A stretch of 64,000 bases of DNA from the NCBI GenBank assembly GCA_023920165.1, contig CP089276.1:4278001-4342000 (forward strand), in the 5' to 3' direction. Each line of letters begins with the position of its first letter. The first letter of the stretch is position 1. The notes below the pieces were generated by a model. That model did not search any database and had not been told where the DNA came from. It saw nothing but the letters and a program-made list of their open reading frames with translations. The DNA comes from Curvularia clavata. Lineage: Eukaryota. This document shows, piece after piece, positions 1 through 13,956 of the stretch. The position numbers and the translations under genes were made by a program.

Positions 1-3000
1 CTGGGGATACTACTAAAGCTAAATTAAGTAGCGACGAGAGGTATAAAATATCTAGTAAGAAAAAAAAAACTTCTACGTATAAGACTAAATATAAGAAGAT
101 AGCTAAGTTTAAAAAGAAATACTAACTAGCTACTCCGCGCTATAATAGCGCCTTACCAGAAATCTTATATATAAGAGATAACCTAAAATATATAGAACTA
201 TAGACTAATATACTATAACAACTCTTAAGTTAACCTTTTTATAGATATAATTATAATAAGTCTAATATACTTCTTTATATATATAAAGATATATAGAATT
301 TTAGATTAGATATTAACTTCTTTTCTATTATAACTAATTAGAAACTACCAGACTACACGCATATTATGGCCAATATCTAACGACTACAAGAAAATACAGA
401 GTTCCCTAAGGATAAGAAGACACCCTAGAAGAAAAACTCCACAACGATACCTTAATGGGCCAAGAAGGTATAAGCCAACTAGACATGTAATAATTAGTAC
501 TAACTTAGTCTTTATTAGTACTACGCTAATAACTATAAGTATGCGTGGATCTACTAGATAGGTTGCATCTATAACTTCTATCTAACGTATTAGTAAGTAA
601 AATAAAGATCTAGCTAGAATCTAACTAACGCTTCTAGATATTCTAAATGTAACTAGTTATAGTTAGAATATACTAATATAGGATATATAAAGTATCTATA
701 AGATAAGCGCATAGCCATACACTTTCTAGAAAGAGACAGCTCTAGAAAAGTAGTAGATATATAGACTACTTATATTACTTGAAGTAAGAATAACGTATAA
801 TAAGTATATAAATAACTCTTATAGTATATCTATCTTTTAGATAAATATAAGAAATATAAAGTAGAGAAACTCTATAACAGATTTATAAAGGAATTATAGA
901 CTTTTTTAAGCTAGCGCTATAAAGGCTAAGTACCTCTAGAGAAATCAACTTAGTAAACTTCCTAGGATTGATTAAGTTTATAGTGAAGCTTAATAGAATA
1001 TAGATATAGACATTAGTAGACTTAGAATTATAGACAAACTATATTTTAGCGCACGCCATATAACGAGCTAGACTTAAAATATAGTAGAAATAAGAGCTAT
1101 GTCTACTATATATCGCTAGCAGCGAATCTATATCTAAAGAAAATAATATTATAGAAGAGGTTAGATAAGTAATACTTAGTATTTAAAAGTATAAGAAGAA
1201 AGTAGATCTAGACATCCTTAGACTAGCTATCTATAATATTATTTTAGAACTCCTATAGCTACGAGAATATAACCCGCAGATTAACTAGAAGTCGAAAGTG
1301 TTCAAATTCAAATGCTACGGACTAGGCGCAACTGTAAGCTAGCCTACGCATTAGTAGAGTTCAATAGTAGATAAGAATAATATTACTAAATAGTATAATA
1401 ACGTAGAGAAACGAGCATACTTAAAAGGTAGTTTCTAGAGTAGAAAGCCGAATTTAGTAGATACTAAAACTAGACTAACAGACTATAAAGCTAGAGGAAA
1501 AGAGAAGAGCGCAACTCTAGAAATCTCTAAATAATATAGAGACCTAGAATACTTATTTTAGAAAGTAGTAGATAAATAAGTATTACTAAAGCATTAACTC
1601 TAGGACTATAGAATTGTAATCTAAAAAGAAAAGAAACTACTTTTTAGCTCTATATACTAATTAATAGAATAAGAACTTGAAGTACTATAAAAGTATTTAG
1701 ATAAAGCCTAAAAGAAAGGGTATATATAAAAATTAGAATTACTAGCTAGAGTATTAATTATATTTATACTAAAGAAAAATAGATTAGATCGACTATATAT
1801 TAACTACTAAGGGCTTAATAATATGACTATTAAAAATTAATACTCACTACTAAATATTATAGAACTAAGAAATTAACTAATATAAGTAAAGATCTTTATA
1901 GTACTAGATCTATAAGACGGCTACTATCTTATTAGAATTGCAGAAGGCGAAGAATAGAAAATAGCTTTTAGAATATAATATAGATGTTTTAAATATATAG
2001 TTATATTATTTAGACTTATAAACACCCTAGCCACATTCTAGAAACTTATTAATAACGTACTTAGGCCCTACCTAGATATATTTATTATTATATATCTAGA
2101 TAACATCTTAGTCTACTCTAAGAATAAGAAATAATATACGAAATACGTCTATAAAGTGCTAACCGCCCTAGATAAGTATAGTCTCAGACTTAAATCTTAG
2201 AAGTATGAATTCTATAAGACTTAGGTTAACTTCTTAGACTACACTATAGGAAAATAAGGAGTATAGATAAGTAAAAAAAAGATTAAAATCATTATAGAAT
2301 AGCTAGAACTAACAACCTTTAAAGAAATATAATTCTTTTTTAAATTTGTAAACTTTAATAGAGTATTTATTAAAGACTTCTCTAAAATTATAGCCCTACT
2401 TATATAGCTATTAAAGAAGTTAGTACTAAACTACTTTACTTTAGGCTATAAGAGAGGTATTATATTCGATATACTTAAAGAAGTATATATAAAAATACTA
2501 TACCTTAAGATATTTAAACTAAATAAACTACTATAAATTAAGATAGATATATTAGATCTAGCTTTAGAAAGATGCGTATACTAACTATACGAAGATAAAT
2601 AGTATCTAATTATATACTATTTAAGAAAATTTTTAGGATCTAAAGAATAATATAATATATACGATAAAGAACTACTAGCTATAGTAGCCTATATATAATA
2701 CTAGAGAGTCTACGTATATAGCTGCTCAGAACTTACTATATACACGGATTATAAGAACTTAACCCACTTTACTACTACTAAAGTTCTTAACTACTAATAA
2801 ATCTAATAGGCTGAATTGCTTAGATAATATAAGTTCAAGATCGTATATATACTAGGAAAAGATAATAATAGAGTAGACACTTTTAGTAGAAGACTAGACA
2901 TTATAGGAACAAAAACTATTATAGACTAACTAATACTCTAGATAAATATAGACGGAATATTAAGTCTAGTATATAAGCTTAATCTACTTATAACAATTAG

Positions 3001-4290
3001 AAATAATATATCTAAAGACTAGTAGGAAGCAATTATTTAGCAATATCACGATAATTTTATACACAGATATCCCAGAATCGCTAGAATAATAGAACTAATT
3101 TAAAGAAACTTCGAATTTAGTAAAATAAAAGAAAAGGTCGCAGCTTTTATTGCCAAATACGAATACTATTAGAAGGATAAGTATAGTATATACGTATTAT
3201 ATGGAGAAATATAAGTACTAGAACTGCTAAGTACCCCTTAGATAGATATCTCCATAGACTTTGTTATAGAATTACTACTATTAATAGATTCTGTTACTAG
3301 AATAATCTAAAACGCGATATTAGTCGTTATTAATAGATTTACGAGATATGCAGAATATATACTATTTAAAAAAGACTATACCGTAGTGTAATTAGTATAC
3401 GTCATTCTTAATAAGATTATTAGATACTATAGAATACTAAAAATAATTATTAGCGATAGAGATAAGCTTTTTATATTAAATTTCTAGACCACACTCATAG
3501 CAGAAATAGGCACTAAGCGGAAACTATCTATAGCATACTACCTGGAGACTAATAGACAAATAGAAAGAATAAATTATATAATAAAAACATACCTTAGAAT
3601 ATATAGTAACTACTAATAAAATAATTAGATATAACTACTACCTATAGCACAACTAGCATATAATTATAAGCTATTAGAGTTAACAAAATAAATACTATTT
3701 TACGCGAACTATGGGAGACATCTAAACCTCTTTACTAGAATATTACTAAGTTTAAAAATGGAAGCAGCCATTACCACAGCTAAAGAAATAAAGGAAATAT
3801 ACGAAGAACTATAAAAATTACTTAAAAAAGCCTAATACTAAAGTATCTTATATATCAACTAGAAAAGAAAAAAAGTTTTTTAGCTAAAGAAGAGGGATAA
3901 AGTATATCTACTTATAAAGAACCTTTGTACGATACGACCAAGTAAGGGACTAGATAATATTTATATTAGGCTATTTTTAATTAAAGTCTAGAACAGACTA
4001 GTTATCTATATACTTAATCTACTACTAGACGTAAAGATATATCTAAAGTTTTATATTAAGTTATTAAAATCTACAAACTCTAAAATGCTACTATAAAAAA
4101 TATTCTATTTCAAACTAGAGGAAGAAGACGAGTTTAAAGTTGAGAAAATTCTAGCATACTAGACTATCTATAAAGAAATAGAATACTTAGTTAAGTAGTT
4201 AGAATACAACTATAGCAAAAATATATAAGAATAGGAAACAAACCTTACAAACTATCTATACAAGTTAGACTAATATCACTATATAAAGCT
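1..4290 (+). pseudogene. Gypsy gag-pol remnant (PR-RT-RH-IN-chromodomain), RIP-mutated
   Basis: Recognisable motifs with in-frame TAA/TAG at positions expected to be Gln/Trp. No long ORF in the ORF track. Confidence 0.85.
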
Positions 4291-4520
4291 TCCTTATATC
4301 TAGGGTCGTCTTCTAAAAGAGAAGATATAAACGCACTCTAGTCTAAAGCTAAAGTACTAGATATTAAGCTACCTTCTAACTACTCTACCTTCTAGTTAAT
4401 ACTTTTAATAGCCTCTAAAGTCTTCATCTTCTCTATAAACTTTTTAGATTTGTTAATCTACTATTACTTATAATACTTAAGTATTTTCTTTTATTTATAA
4501 AGATAATCCTTTTTTATATA

Positions 4521-6652
4521 CAGTGGGGTGACACGAAAAAAGATCACAAGGAAAAATAGCATTTTTCACTAGGCTATATCTTAGCTAATAAAATAGCTAA
4601 AAATATAAAAGCTTAAGATTTGTATAGAGAATTACCAGCTCTTCTAGTCTATAATCTAAAAAGAAGCTTAGTAAGTATATAGCTCTTAGAAAGAAATGCT
4701 GAACTAGTGAGAAAAAAAAACGTCAACTTTACACGTATTTTTCGCGCTGAGATCTTGCAATTTATATAGCTATCTATATATAGATATATACTATTAGTAT
4801 ATATATATAATATATATTTTTTATAGCTATAGTTACTTATCTAAATTAGAAGATATATATATAACTTATATTTTAGTAAATATATAAGATAATAATAGTA
4901 AATTACTATCTAACATTTTGTATACCAGCCCTTAGCTTCCACTACTCTATTATAGCGTTTGGGCATAGATAAAATACAGCTATCTATGTCTTTTTGTGGT
5001 ATTTTATGCCACTCTTGGTGAATAGCTGTAATAAACGTATTTATACTAGTCTCACTAGCGCCAGTGCCAAGACTAGAGCTTGGCAGCTTAGTAAGCCGGT
5101 TTTTAAGCAAGCTCCATACGTTTTCTATTGGATTTAGATCTGGGCTATACGCTGGATGGTCGAAAAGTGTAATTTTATGGCGCTTAAACCAGTCTAAAAC
5201 GTTTCTAGCCTTGTGGATCGTTGCGTTATCCTGTTGGAATTTCCAGCCTAGATAGCTATATATTAGTAAAGTATATTATACTAGTTAGATATATATATAT
5301 ATATAAGTATATATATATATATATAAGTATATATATATATATATAACTATATATAAGTAAAAATATATGGTAAAACTTACCGCGTTTTATATTCGGTTTT
5401 ACATACGGGATTAGACATTTTCTAATATAGTGGTGATTTCGATGTTTAACTACGCTATTTGGCGTCTTAATAACCACTAGATTGGATCTGCCACCTATCC
5501 AAATAGCTCCCCAAACTTGGATAGTTATATCATGGGCTAAAAATTGGCTTAGTCAGCTAGATATATAAAATATAATATATATATATAGTTATATATATAT
5601 ATAACTATATTTTGGCTTATTAGAAATATTTTTAAACGTACTTGTATTTTTAGTAGAGTATATTTTTGGATTTTAGTGGTATTTTGGCCTATTTCGAGAA
5701 AATTCGGCTCGAGATCCATATCCACGCTGGATTCCAGACTCGTCAGAAAATATAACTTTTTTAAAGTTAATATTACTAAGCTTTTTAAGCGTAGTTTTAG
5801 CGTATAATAGCCGTTTTTTTAGCTTTTTTAGCGTTTAAAATTGGCTTTTTTTGACTAGTTGTTATAGTCCAACCCTCAGCTTTTAAAACTCTTTGAAGAG
5901 TTCTATTAGATATTTCTAGATTATTTTCGTTTAATAATCTATTTTTTAGCTTTTTCAGACTTCGCGTTATATCTCTATTTAACGCTCTTATAGCTCTAGT
6001 AGTTGTCTTTGGTATTCTGCCTAAACTAGCTCTTTTTTGCTGACTAATAGTCTTATATTTTCGTTTTATTCGAGCTATAGCGTTGTATATAGACCGTGGA
6101 GTCTTTTGAAAGTGATTTATTATATTTTTTATAGGTGTATTAGCGTCTAAAAACGCTTTGATTTGGCGTTCGAAATTCGACAGTTGTGGCTCCATTGTGT
6201 GGGGAATACAGTTTTAAGTTGCTAGAAATGAAAAGCTATAGTTATACACTAGTTGATTACTAATAGCTGACTAAGCTAGTGCTTATGTAAGCTAGTGCCA
6301 AAATTTCAAATCTCATATAGCTATTTAACTAGATAGACAACTATAGCTTAAAGCTATATATATTATATATAAAGACTTATAGTATATATCTATATATAGA
6401 TAGCTATATAAAATAACAAATATCAGCGCGAAAAATACGTGCAAAGTTGACGTTTTTTTTTCTCTCTAGTTCAGCATTTCTATCTAAGAGCTATATACTT
6501 ACTAAGCTTCTTTTTAGATTATAGACTAGAAGAGCTAGTAAATCTCTATACAAATCTTAAGCTTTTATATTTTTAGCTATTTTATTAGCTAAGATATAGC
6601 CTAGTAAAAAATGCTATTTTTCCTTATAATCTTTTTTCGTGTCACCCCACTA
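4521..6652 (-). mobile_element. Tc1-family DNA transposon with ~310-bp TIRs (copy T1)
   Basis: TA|CAGTGGGGTGACAC...GTGTCACCCCACTA|TA. Long inverted repeats ~4521-4830 and ~6340-6652. Internal DD34E transposase. Confidence 0.93.
4910..6195 (-). pseudogene. Tc1 DD34E transposase, 3 predicted exons (6195-5642, 5536-5381, 5247-4910), with one frameshift and one premature stop
   Basis: Spliced reading gives HTH-type N-terminus, 'VIFSDES', 'IQVWGAIW', 'FQQDNATIH', 'YSPDLNPIENVW' (34 residues between D and E). Extra A in the A7 run at 5814-5820 and in-frame TAA at 5673-5675. Confidence 0.85.
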
Positions 6653-6659
6653 TAAATAA

Positions 6660-7150
6660 AAAAAAGTTATAAAAAACGTTAGTCTATAACTAGCCTAAAT
6701 TAGTCAATAGTCTAGATAGTAATAGTTTAGTTATTAGATAGTCTATACTAGAAGTAGAGCTTCTTTTAGTCTACTCTTATATACAATTCTAAAAGCTTAA
6801 GATAGTATAATTTTAATTAGTAAATTCTTACTCTCACATCTTAACCTCTAGAAGCTCGCGCTAAAGTCGCATAGTCTCTATTACAGCCTAAAGCTAGCGC
6901 TCTTTAGCACGAGTAATCTTAAAACGCTTTTACTACTTCTTAGCCTTAACCTTCTTTTACTCTTCTTTAGAAATAAAAAGACTATATTTAGTAGAAACTA
7001 AAATATAACTAGTATGGCGACTAGTTGCTATATTTATAAAATAACAAAAATTCTTCTCTTTATAACGTTTATACTAGAAAATTATCTTATAATTTTATTT
7101 CTTTATATAGTTAGCGTGGGCCTAACGCTAAAGAGTCGAATTCTAGTTAT
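6660..7150 (-). pseudogene. Antisense accessory ORF of Gypsy G1: Zn2Cys6-like motif plus coiled coil (RIP-mutated)
   Basis: Minus frame at 7073-6984 has TAT/TAT/TAT/CAT/TAT/TAT at C-x2-C-x6-C-x8-C-x2-C-x6-C spacing, followed by an E/K/R-rich helical stretch. Ends approximate. Confidence 0.6.
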
Positions 7151-7320
7151 AGATACAACGAGTTAGTTAAACTTTAGATATAGTTAGAAAGATATAGAGA
7201 AAGAAGCGTCTATAATATAATAGATATATCTTAATACTTATCTAAACTACTAGCACTAAGCAATAAATAAAAAAATAATAACCTAGAGTATTAGAATAAT
7301 AACTCTAAAAGAGAAGATAA

Positions 7321-7822
7321 TATTATAAGTAATAAAGAAAAATCTCTCCTTAATAATAGCTATAATTAGAAGACTATTAGATAATATATTAGAAAGTAAT
7401 AATCTCTATAGAGAGACGATTACGTAACTAGCTTTAAACTAAAACTAAGAAACCGCGCTAGTATATAAGGATACGCTTATATATAACTAAAGTAACTTTA
7501 AAAACTTTAGAGAACGTAGAGATTATTCTATAAAAATAGTAAAAATAGAACTAAAAGTAATAAATATAAGAATATATTAAATTTTTTTATCATATTTATT
7601 ATAGTTAATTTAGTAAAGTATCTTTCTATAGTCTCTTTATACTTAGATTAATACTAGTTATTCTATCTTCTAATAGAATTAGTTTTATCTATTTTTATTA
7701 TTCTCTACTACTAAATTACTAGACAACTATCATATAGTATACTTCGTAGAAACTAGCCTCACCCTAATATAAAATCTAGGCTAGATAAATATATTCCTAC
7801 TAACGTAGAACCCCATATAATA
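7321..7822 (+). repeat. 3' LTR of Gypsy G1 (RIP-mutated)
   Basis: TATTATAAGTAA...CCCCATATAATA is the RIP version of the ends of the solo LTR at 28490-28972 (TGTTACAAGTAA...CCCCGTGTAACA). Confidence 0.85.
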
Positions 7823-10800
7823 AGATACTTTAAGAAATATTTACTTCAATTCTTTAAAAGCTTCCTAGCATTCTTTTATCTAGTTAAATCTAACTTTCTT
7901 TTTAATAATCTTAGTAAATAGTACTATAATCCAGAAGTAATTCCTAATAAACTTTTAGTAAAAGTTCGCAAATCCTAAGAAGAATTACACGTCTTTAACT
8001 ATTTTAAGAGTTAGCTATTCTTATATAGTCTAGACTTTTTCTAGATTTATTTTAATACCTTCTATTAAGATTATAAAGTCTAAAAATTCCATTTCTTATA
8101 TATAGAATTCGCATTTCTTAGCTTAAAAATACAGCTTATATTTTTTAAACTTCCATAAGACCTTCTTAACATATTCGATATATTCTTCAAGAGTTCCTTT
8201 AGAATATACTAATACGTCGTCTAAATATACTATCGCGAAAATCTCTAGATATTTATAGAGAGCGTTATTAATAACTAATTAGAAGATTACTAGCGCATTT
8301 ATAAATCCAAATAATATAACTATATACTCATATAGTCTATATTTTATTTTAAACACTAATTTCTATTCATCACTTTCTTTAATTCTAATTTAATAGAATC
8401 TCTCTTAGATATTAAATTTTATAAACTACTTAGCTCCTTAGAGTCGATCTATAAGTTCTATTATTAGTAGTAGCGGGTATTAGTTTTTTTAGATAACTAT
8501 ATTTAATTTCCTATAGTTAATATATAGTCGCTATTTACTATTAGTCTTTTTTATAAATAGTATTAGCAAAACTATTAGTCCGTAGCCCAGGCGTATAAAT
8601 CTCTTTTTTAGATTCTTTTAGAAGTATTTCTTAAGCTTAGCATTATACTTAGATAATATTAGGTATATTCTTTCTAAAATTAGCTTAGTACCTTCTTCTA
8701 AGATAATCTTATAATCCTATTCTTAGTATTTAGCTAGGTCTATTACTTTATTTTTTTTAAATAGTTCTCTAAACTTATTTATTTAGTATTCTTTAGATAT
8801 ATTTAGTAGTAAAAGTTTATCCTTCTTAGACGTAACTTATCTTATCTATATAACTCTTACTTACTAAAAATCTTTTATATAGATTCTCGCAATCTTATAT
8901 AGTAAGATTTTACTAAATCTCCTATCCTAGATTAAGCTCTAATTTGTTAGGCGTATTTCGTATCTTGCTCTAGCTACTTTACGCGCAGATTTCTAGCTAA
9001 GTAGTATCTATATTTACTAATTAATAGCCAGATTATAGATATCTAACTAATTATAATCTATTAATATGCCTTCTTCTCTAAAATCTATAATATTAATATT
9101 TATTTAGCTTTTTATATTAGCTACTATTATAGAGACTAACTAGATTTCTAGTCTTATTATACTATTTCTATATAACGTAGGTTTTTCATCGGCTAGTACT
9201 ACTTATATTAGCTTTACCTTTGCCTAATAGGGTATATTATATTCTTTAATTACTCTAGAGAATATAATAGTTTTCGCTACACTACTATCTACTATAGCTA
9301 ATAGTCTATATCCATATACATACGTATTTATAAGAAGTCTTAGCTTATATTTACTAGCGTTTCGTACTTTCTTAAGGGTTAGTATAGGACTGCCTTTGCT
9401 AGTTTAACTCTATTTTTAGTAGCATTCTAGTTTTTTAGCCATCTCTAGACCCTAAGCTTCTTTTTTTTCTATTTTTATAGAAAATAGCTATTGTTTTCTT
9501 TTAAATATCTATATATTATATAGCTATCGTCTATATAAAAGATCTAGAATAAGTTTAAATATAGAATCATCTTATTTATTATCTCTAGCAAGTTAACTTC
9601 CTTTATTCTATACATCTTACACTTAATCATCTAGCATTTCTTAGCCGTAATCGTATTATATAGATAGTAATTTGTATATCTTACCGCGATTCTCTACTCT
9701 TAGTAGAATTAGCATTTCTCTATATAGTTAATCTAGCAAAGCTGTTCATAAGCTTACTTATATTCTTCTTTATAGATATAATAATCTAATATAAAATAGT
9801 CGTTTACCTATAGGTACTTATAGTTAGGGTCATACTCATCCAATTTATATTTTTCTTTAGTATCTAAATAGAATATATAAAATTATCTTTTATATTTATT
9901 CTAGATAAAAATCTTATATTTATTTTATTCCTTACTTAATATATAGATATAATAGTCCAATACCTTATAATCCGCATCTTTTAGCTAAGCGTAGGAATAT
10001 TCTTCTAAGTCGTACTAGAATAGCTATTATTTATTAGTGTAGAATTCGTAATAGTCTATACTCTTATATTCAACCTAGTAAAGCTTTTTATACTTAGCTT
10101 TATAATTATTTTCTAGTTCTAGTAGTTTATTCTTAAAATACAGCTATTCCTAAGCTACCTAAAATAAGACTTCTCTAGCTATTAGCCCAGTAACTACTAT
10201 CCTTCCTTCTTAAAAGGGGCAGCCTTTACTATAGTGCGCTAGATCTCTATATATCTAATATAGGTTCTAGGCAATTTATTGTTAGACATCTATATTCTTT
10301 ATAGTCTAGTTAGATAGTTTCAGTACTTCTTATATTATATATTCGTCTATCTTTATAAGTTCTAGAACAACTATATATTCTATACTGTTAGCTAGATATA
10401 CTTCGTTGTAGAGGTTTAGGTCGCTAAAATTATCGTCTAATATAAGATTGTAGTTTAGATATAGAGTAAATAGTTATATTCTCTTAATCTTAACTATAGT
10501 CTATTTACTAGTTTTATTTTTATATTTATTCTTAGAGCAGTCTCTATAAAAGTAGTCTATTTCGCCATATTAGAGATATACCTTACTATTAAAACGTCTT
10601 TAGCATTCCTCTTTAGAAAAGCCTTTCTAGTTCCTTTCTTAGATTTTCTTTTCTTTAGATTTCTCTTATATCTTACTAGTTATAATAGTATTACTATTAA
10701 AGTTTTTATTATTTTAGTATTTCTTAATATTAGCTCTATAGGGCTAGAAATATCTTTTCTTCTACTTATTTCTTTTCTATAGCCTATTATTAATTTGCGT

Positions 10801-11207
10801 AGTAAGTTTAACTAATTCTTATAGTATTTTAAGTTTATCGTAGTATATGAGTCTATCTTTAATATTTTCTTTTAGACTTATTTTAAATACTATTTAAAGT
10901 ACTATATTATTTTAGTCTATTCTAGTCTAGAGTTATCTAAACTCTATAGTATAGAATAATACTAACTTTATTTATCTTAGGCGAATTATAGCTTTCTTAG
11001 TCTAGTTCTTAGTATCTACTTCTCTAAAAATACGTTCTATTTCTTTCTTAAAGCTATTCTAGTCTTAGAATAAGGTTTTAGTTTCGTCCTTTATTCTATA
11101 AGTAGTTAGTAATATTAGGAAATTCTTTATATATAACTATATCTATATAGCTGCTTTACTTTTTATATATATATTAGCTATAAGGATCTTTTTCTAATTA
11201 TTAGATA

Positions 11208-13062
11208 ACGTAGTAGATAAGCGAGTCGCGCAGGCAAGCGAGTCGCGCACCTTACTAACTTTCTTACCCTATTATACTTGCCTCTATTATAGCTCCACGC
11301 CACGCTATTTAATTACTCTTAAACGAATTAGATATCCAGCTTACTATACAGTCTCTTAATTCTAATTAAATTCAAATAGGCTAGCGCGCAGCTTTAATCT
11401 TTAATATATCTAAATTAATATTATATAATTGACGCGCTAGGAAGCGTACTAGACGCGATTGCCAGCCTAACTTGAAGAAGCTTACTTAGATAGAAGAAGA
11501 GGTAATTATTAGCCATATACTTAATTTAGATTAGCGCAGATTTACGCCTATCTATGCTGCTATATGCGATATAGCTGATAAGCTGCTGGCTGCGTATAGC
11601 GCTAGCCAAGTTAAGTAGAAATAGCTAGCTAACTTTATTAAGCGTATAGACAGTCTTATAACGCGTTTTAATTAGGTGTATAATAGATAGAGAGCTCTAT
11701 ATAAAGATCTAGTCTTAATTAAGAGCTAGTTTAAGCTTGTAAAGTAGATAAAAGCTAAGTATAGCATCTGTAACGAGGACGTCTATAACTTTAATAAAGC
11801 TAGCTTTTTAATAGGCAAGATTACTACTTAGCTTATCGTTATAGCGTTAGAAAGAAAATCTCAACTAAAAGCTATCTAGCTAGATAGTTATGAGTAGGTA
11901 ATATTTATCGCTATAATTAACGCAGCTAGCTGGTCTATCCTACTATTTCTAATCTTTACTAGTAAGTATTACCTGTCCGCTTAGTACGATAAGATAGAGA
12001 TTCTACGCGACTAGGCGATTACAGTCAGCGATAATAGCTAGACGACTAACGAGCTAAAAGTCGAGTGGTTAAAGCACTTTATTAAGTATATAGAGGGTAA
12101 AGTTATTAGAGCATACTAGCTACTTATTTTTAACGGCTATAAGAGCTACTAGTTACTTAAGTTCTAAGAGCTCTATAAGGAGAACAATATCTACACGCTC
12201 TATATGCCGCCTTACTCGTCTTATCTATTTTAGCCTCTTAATATTAGCTACTTCTCGCTATTAAAGCGCGCGTATAGCCGTAAGGTAGAGAGCCTAATAT
12301 GTAACTATATCAACTATATTACTAAGCTCGAGTTTCTACCAGCATTTAAGGCCGCCTTTAATCACTCGTTTACCTTAGCTAATATCTACTCTACCTTCTA
12401 TAGCGCAGGTCTTATACCTCTCTAGCTAGATGTTATTCTATTAAAGCTTGACGTAAAGCTGCGTATATCTACTCCACTAGCTATTCTAGTAGAGGCTCTC
12501 TAGCAAGCTTATATATCTAGTAACATATGTAAGCTTAAAGCTTAATTAACGTTAATACGTAATCGCGTTTAGCGGCACTAAGACTTATTACTAGCTTTAA
12601 TTATTATAATAATTAGCTAGCTTAAGAAGAGGGTAGAAATAATAATACTCTTAGCTAAGCTAATACGCGATTAAATCGCTAGTTTTAAAATAGCTAATAA
12701 AATAGTAATAAAGTATAGATAGTGTAAAAGAAAGTAGATATAGAAGTAAGAGATGCTTATAAAGAGAGAAGGAGAGAATCTACTCGCGTAGTATAAGGCA
12801 GATCAGTAGATTACTTATAAATAGCGCCATAGAGAAGAGCGATCAGGTGTCAGCTAACAGACTTTAGCGCGCTATAGTAGGTGTAGAGAGACTGGCTATA
12901 ATACGCGTATATATAAAAATAATACTATAGTAACTAGTTAATCTACTACACTAATATATATTAAGATAGTCGTATAGTAGTAGAGTTATATGCTGATAGA
13001 GGTGCGAAGATTTAGTAGGGTGCGCGACTCGCTTGCCTGCGCGACTCGCTTATCCACTACGT
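11208..13062 (+). mobile_element. Fot1/pogo-type DNA transposon (F1), RIP-inactivated
   Basis: TA|ACGTAGTAGATAAGCGAGTCGCGCAGGCAAGCGAGTCGCGCACC TIR mirrored at ~13019-13062|TA. DDE_1-type remnants 'VYNFN(D)KA', 'MPPYSSYLF*PL' and a C-terminal CCHC remnant. Confidence 0.92.
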
Positions 13063-13461
13063 TACTTAGTTAAATCTATAGTATAGGTTAATACTAGTAA
13101 AGAACGTTCTAAGCTTATTCTATCCTCTTTTATATTTCTTAGATATTGCTATTTTAGATTTTAGAGGTAGTTTTTCGTTAGACGTAGCTATTAGCTAGAC
13201 TACTAACTAGTTAATTATATTCTATATTTCTTCTATCTTCTAATCTTATTTCTTAAATTATCGTTTAGTTGATTTATTTATAGGTAGAGAGGGAGCTTCC
13301 TACTCAGATTCCTCCTTACTAGATATAAGTATATTCTTATTAACTAGAGTACTAGTTAGTTTAGTATTCTATCTATAACTAGAGTTACTACTATAAGATA
13401 TCTTACTTATTTAAGTAGTTACTAGTTAAAACTCCTCTATAGAATTTGGTAGTAGTTAAAG

Positions 13462-13956
13462 TATTATATAGAGTTATACTTATACTTCTCTAGAGCTTGT
13501 TCTAGATTAGGGCGAGTTAGTAAATTAGTAGTAAGTCATATAATTGCTAAGCAATTCTTATAGAAAAAAATTATAAAGATTTTAATTAGTAAAGATAATT
13601 AATTCTATACTAGAAAAAATAATAAAATATTAATTTTATTAAGTAGAGTAGCTTATAAAAGAGTATAATATAAATTAATTATAATAAGTATAATAATAAA
13701 ATCTATTCTATTATTATACCTATTATTTCTAAGTCTTATTCTCTCTATTCTTCTAACTTCTTATTATATATAAAAAGATTTAAGAAGATATAGTATCTCT
13801 TATCTCTACTAGCATTTCTATCTTAGTAGGAGACTAGCGCTTAGCAGGAGGCTATATCACGTAATCTCTACTCCGCGCCATTCGCGTTCTAACATTATCC
13901 TAAGTAGTTTCCCTCCTCCTATAGAGGTTAGATTCTTTAACTTATTACTTATAATA
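13462..13956 (-). repeat. 5' LTR of Gypsy G2
   Basis: Termini are RIP-type reverse complements of the 28490-28972 LTR termini. Lies directly upstream of the G2 gag region. Confidence 0.75.

Larger units (their letters stand above)
1..7822 (+). mobile_element. RIP-inactivated Ty3/Gypsy chromovirus (element G1), 5' part outside window, interrupted by a Tc1 element at 4521-6652
   Basis: Stop-riddled pol motifs in Gypsy order: protease-like region ~1000-1300, RT 'IYLDNILVYS' ~2090-2120, RNase H, integrase, chromodomain 'EEDEFKVEKILA...EYLVK*' ~4120-4270. Purine-rich tract then 3' LTR at 7321-7822. Confidence 0.9.
7823..13956 (-). mobile_element. RIP-inactivated Ty3/Gypsy element (G2), cut in RT/RNase H by G1 and carrying a Fot1-like insertion
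   Basis: Minus-strand RT 'IFAIVYLDDVL' ~8210-8243, protease-like region ~9020-9320, gag zinc-knuckle remnant ~10540-10590, 5' LTR at 13462-13956. Confidence 0.85.

Noticed and set aside
5256..5477. ORFs ending in IYIYIY (also 27094-27306) and the hydrophobic ORF 25131-25322
   Set aside because: Read-through of transposase exon 2 into a (TA)n intron, and low-complexity RIPed gag antisense. Not membrane proteins.
5811..5822. A7 run at the Tc1 frame break as a programmed frameshift
   Set aside because: It needs a +1 shift, copy T3 has a different offset here, and a downstream in-frame TAA remains. A shared inactivating indel is simpler.
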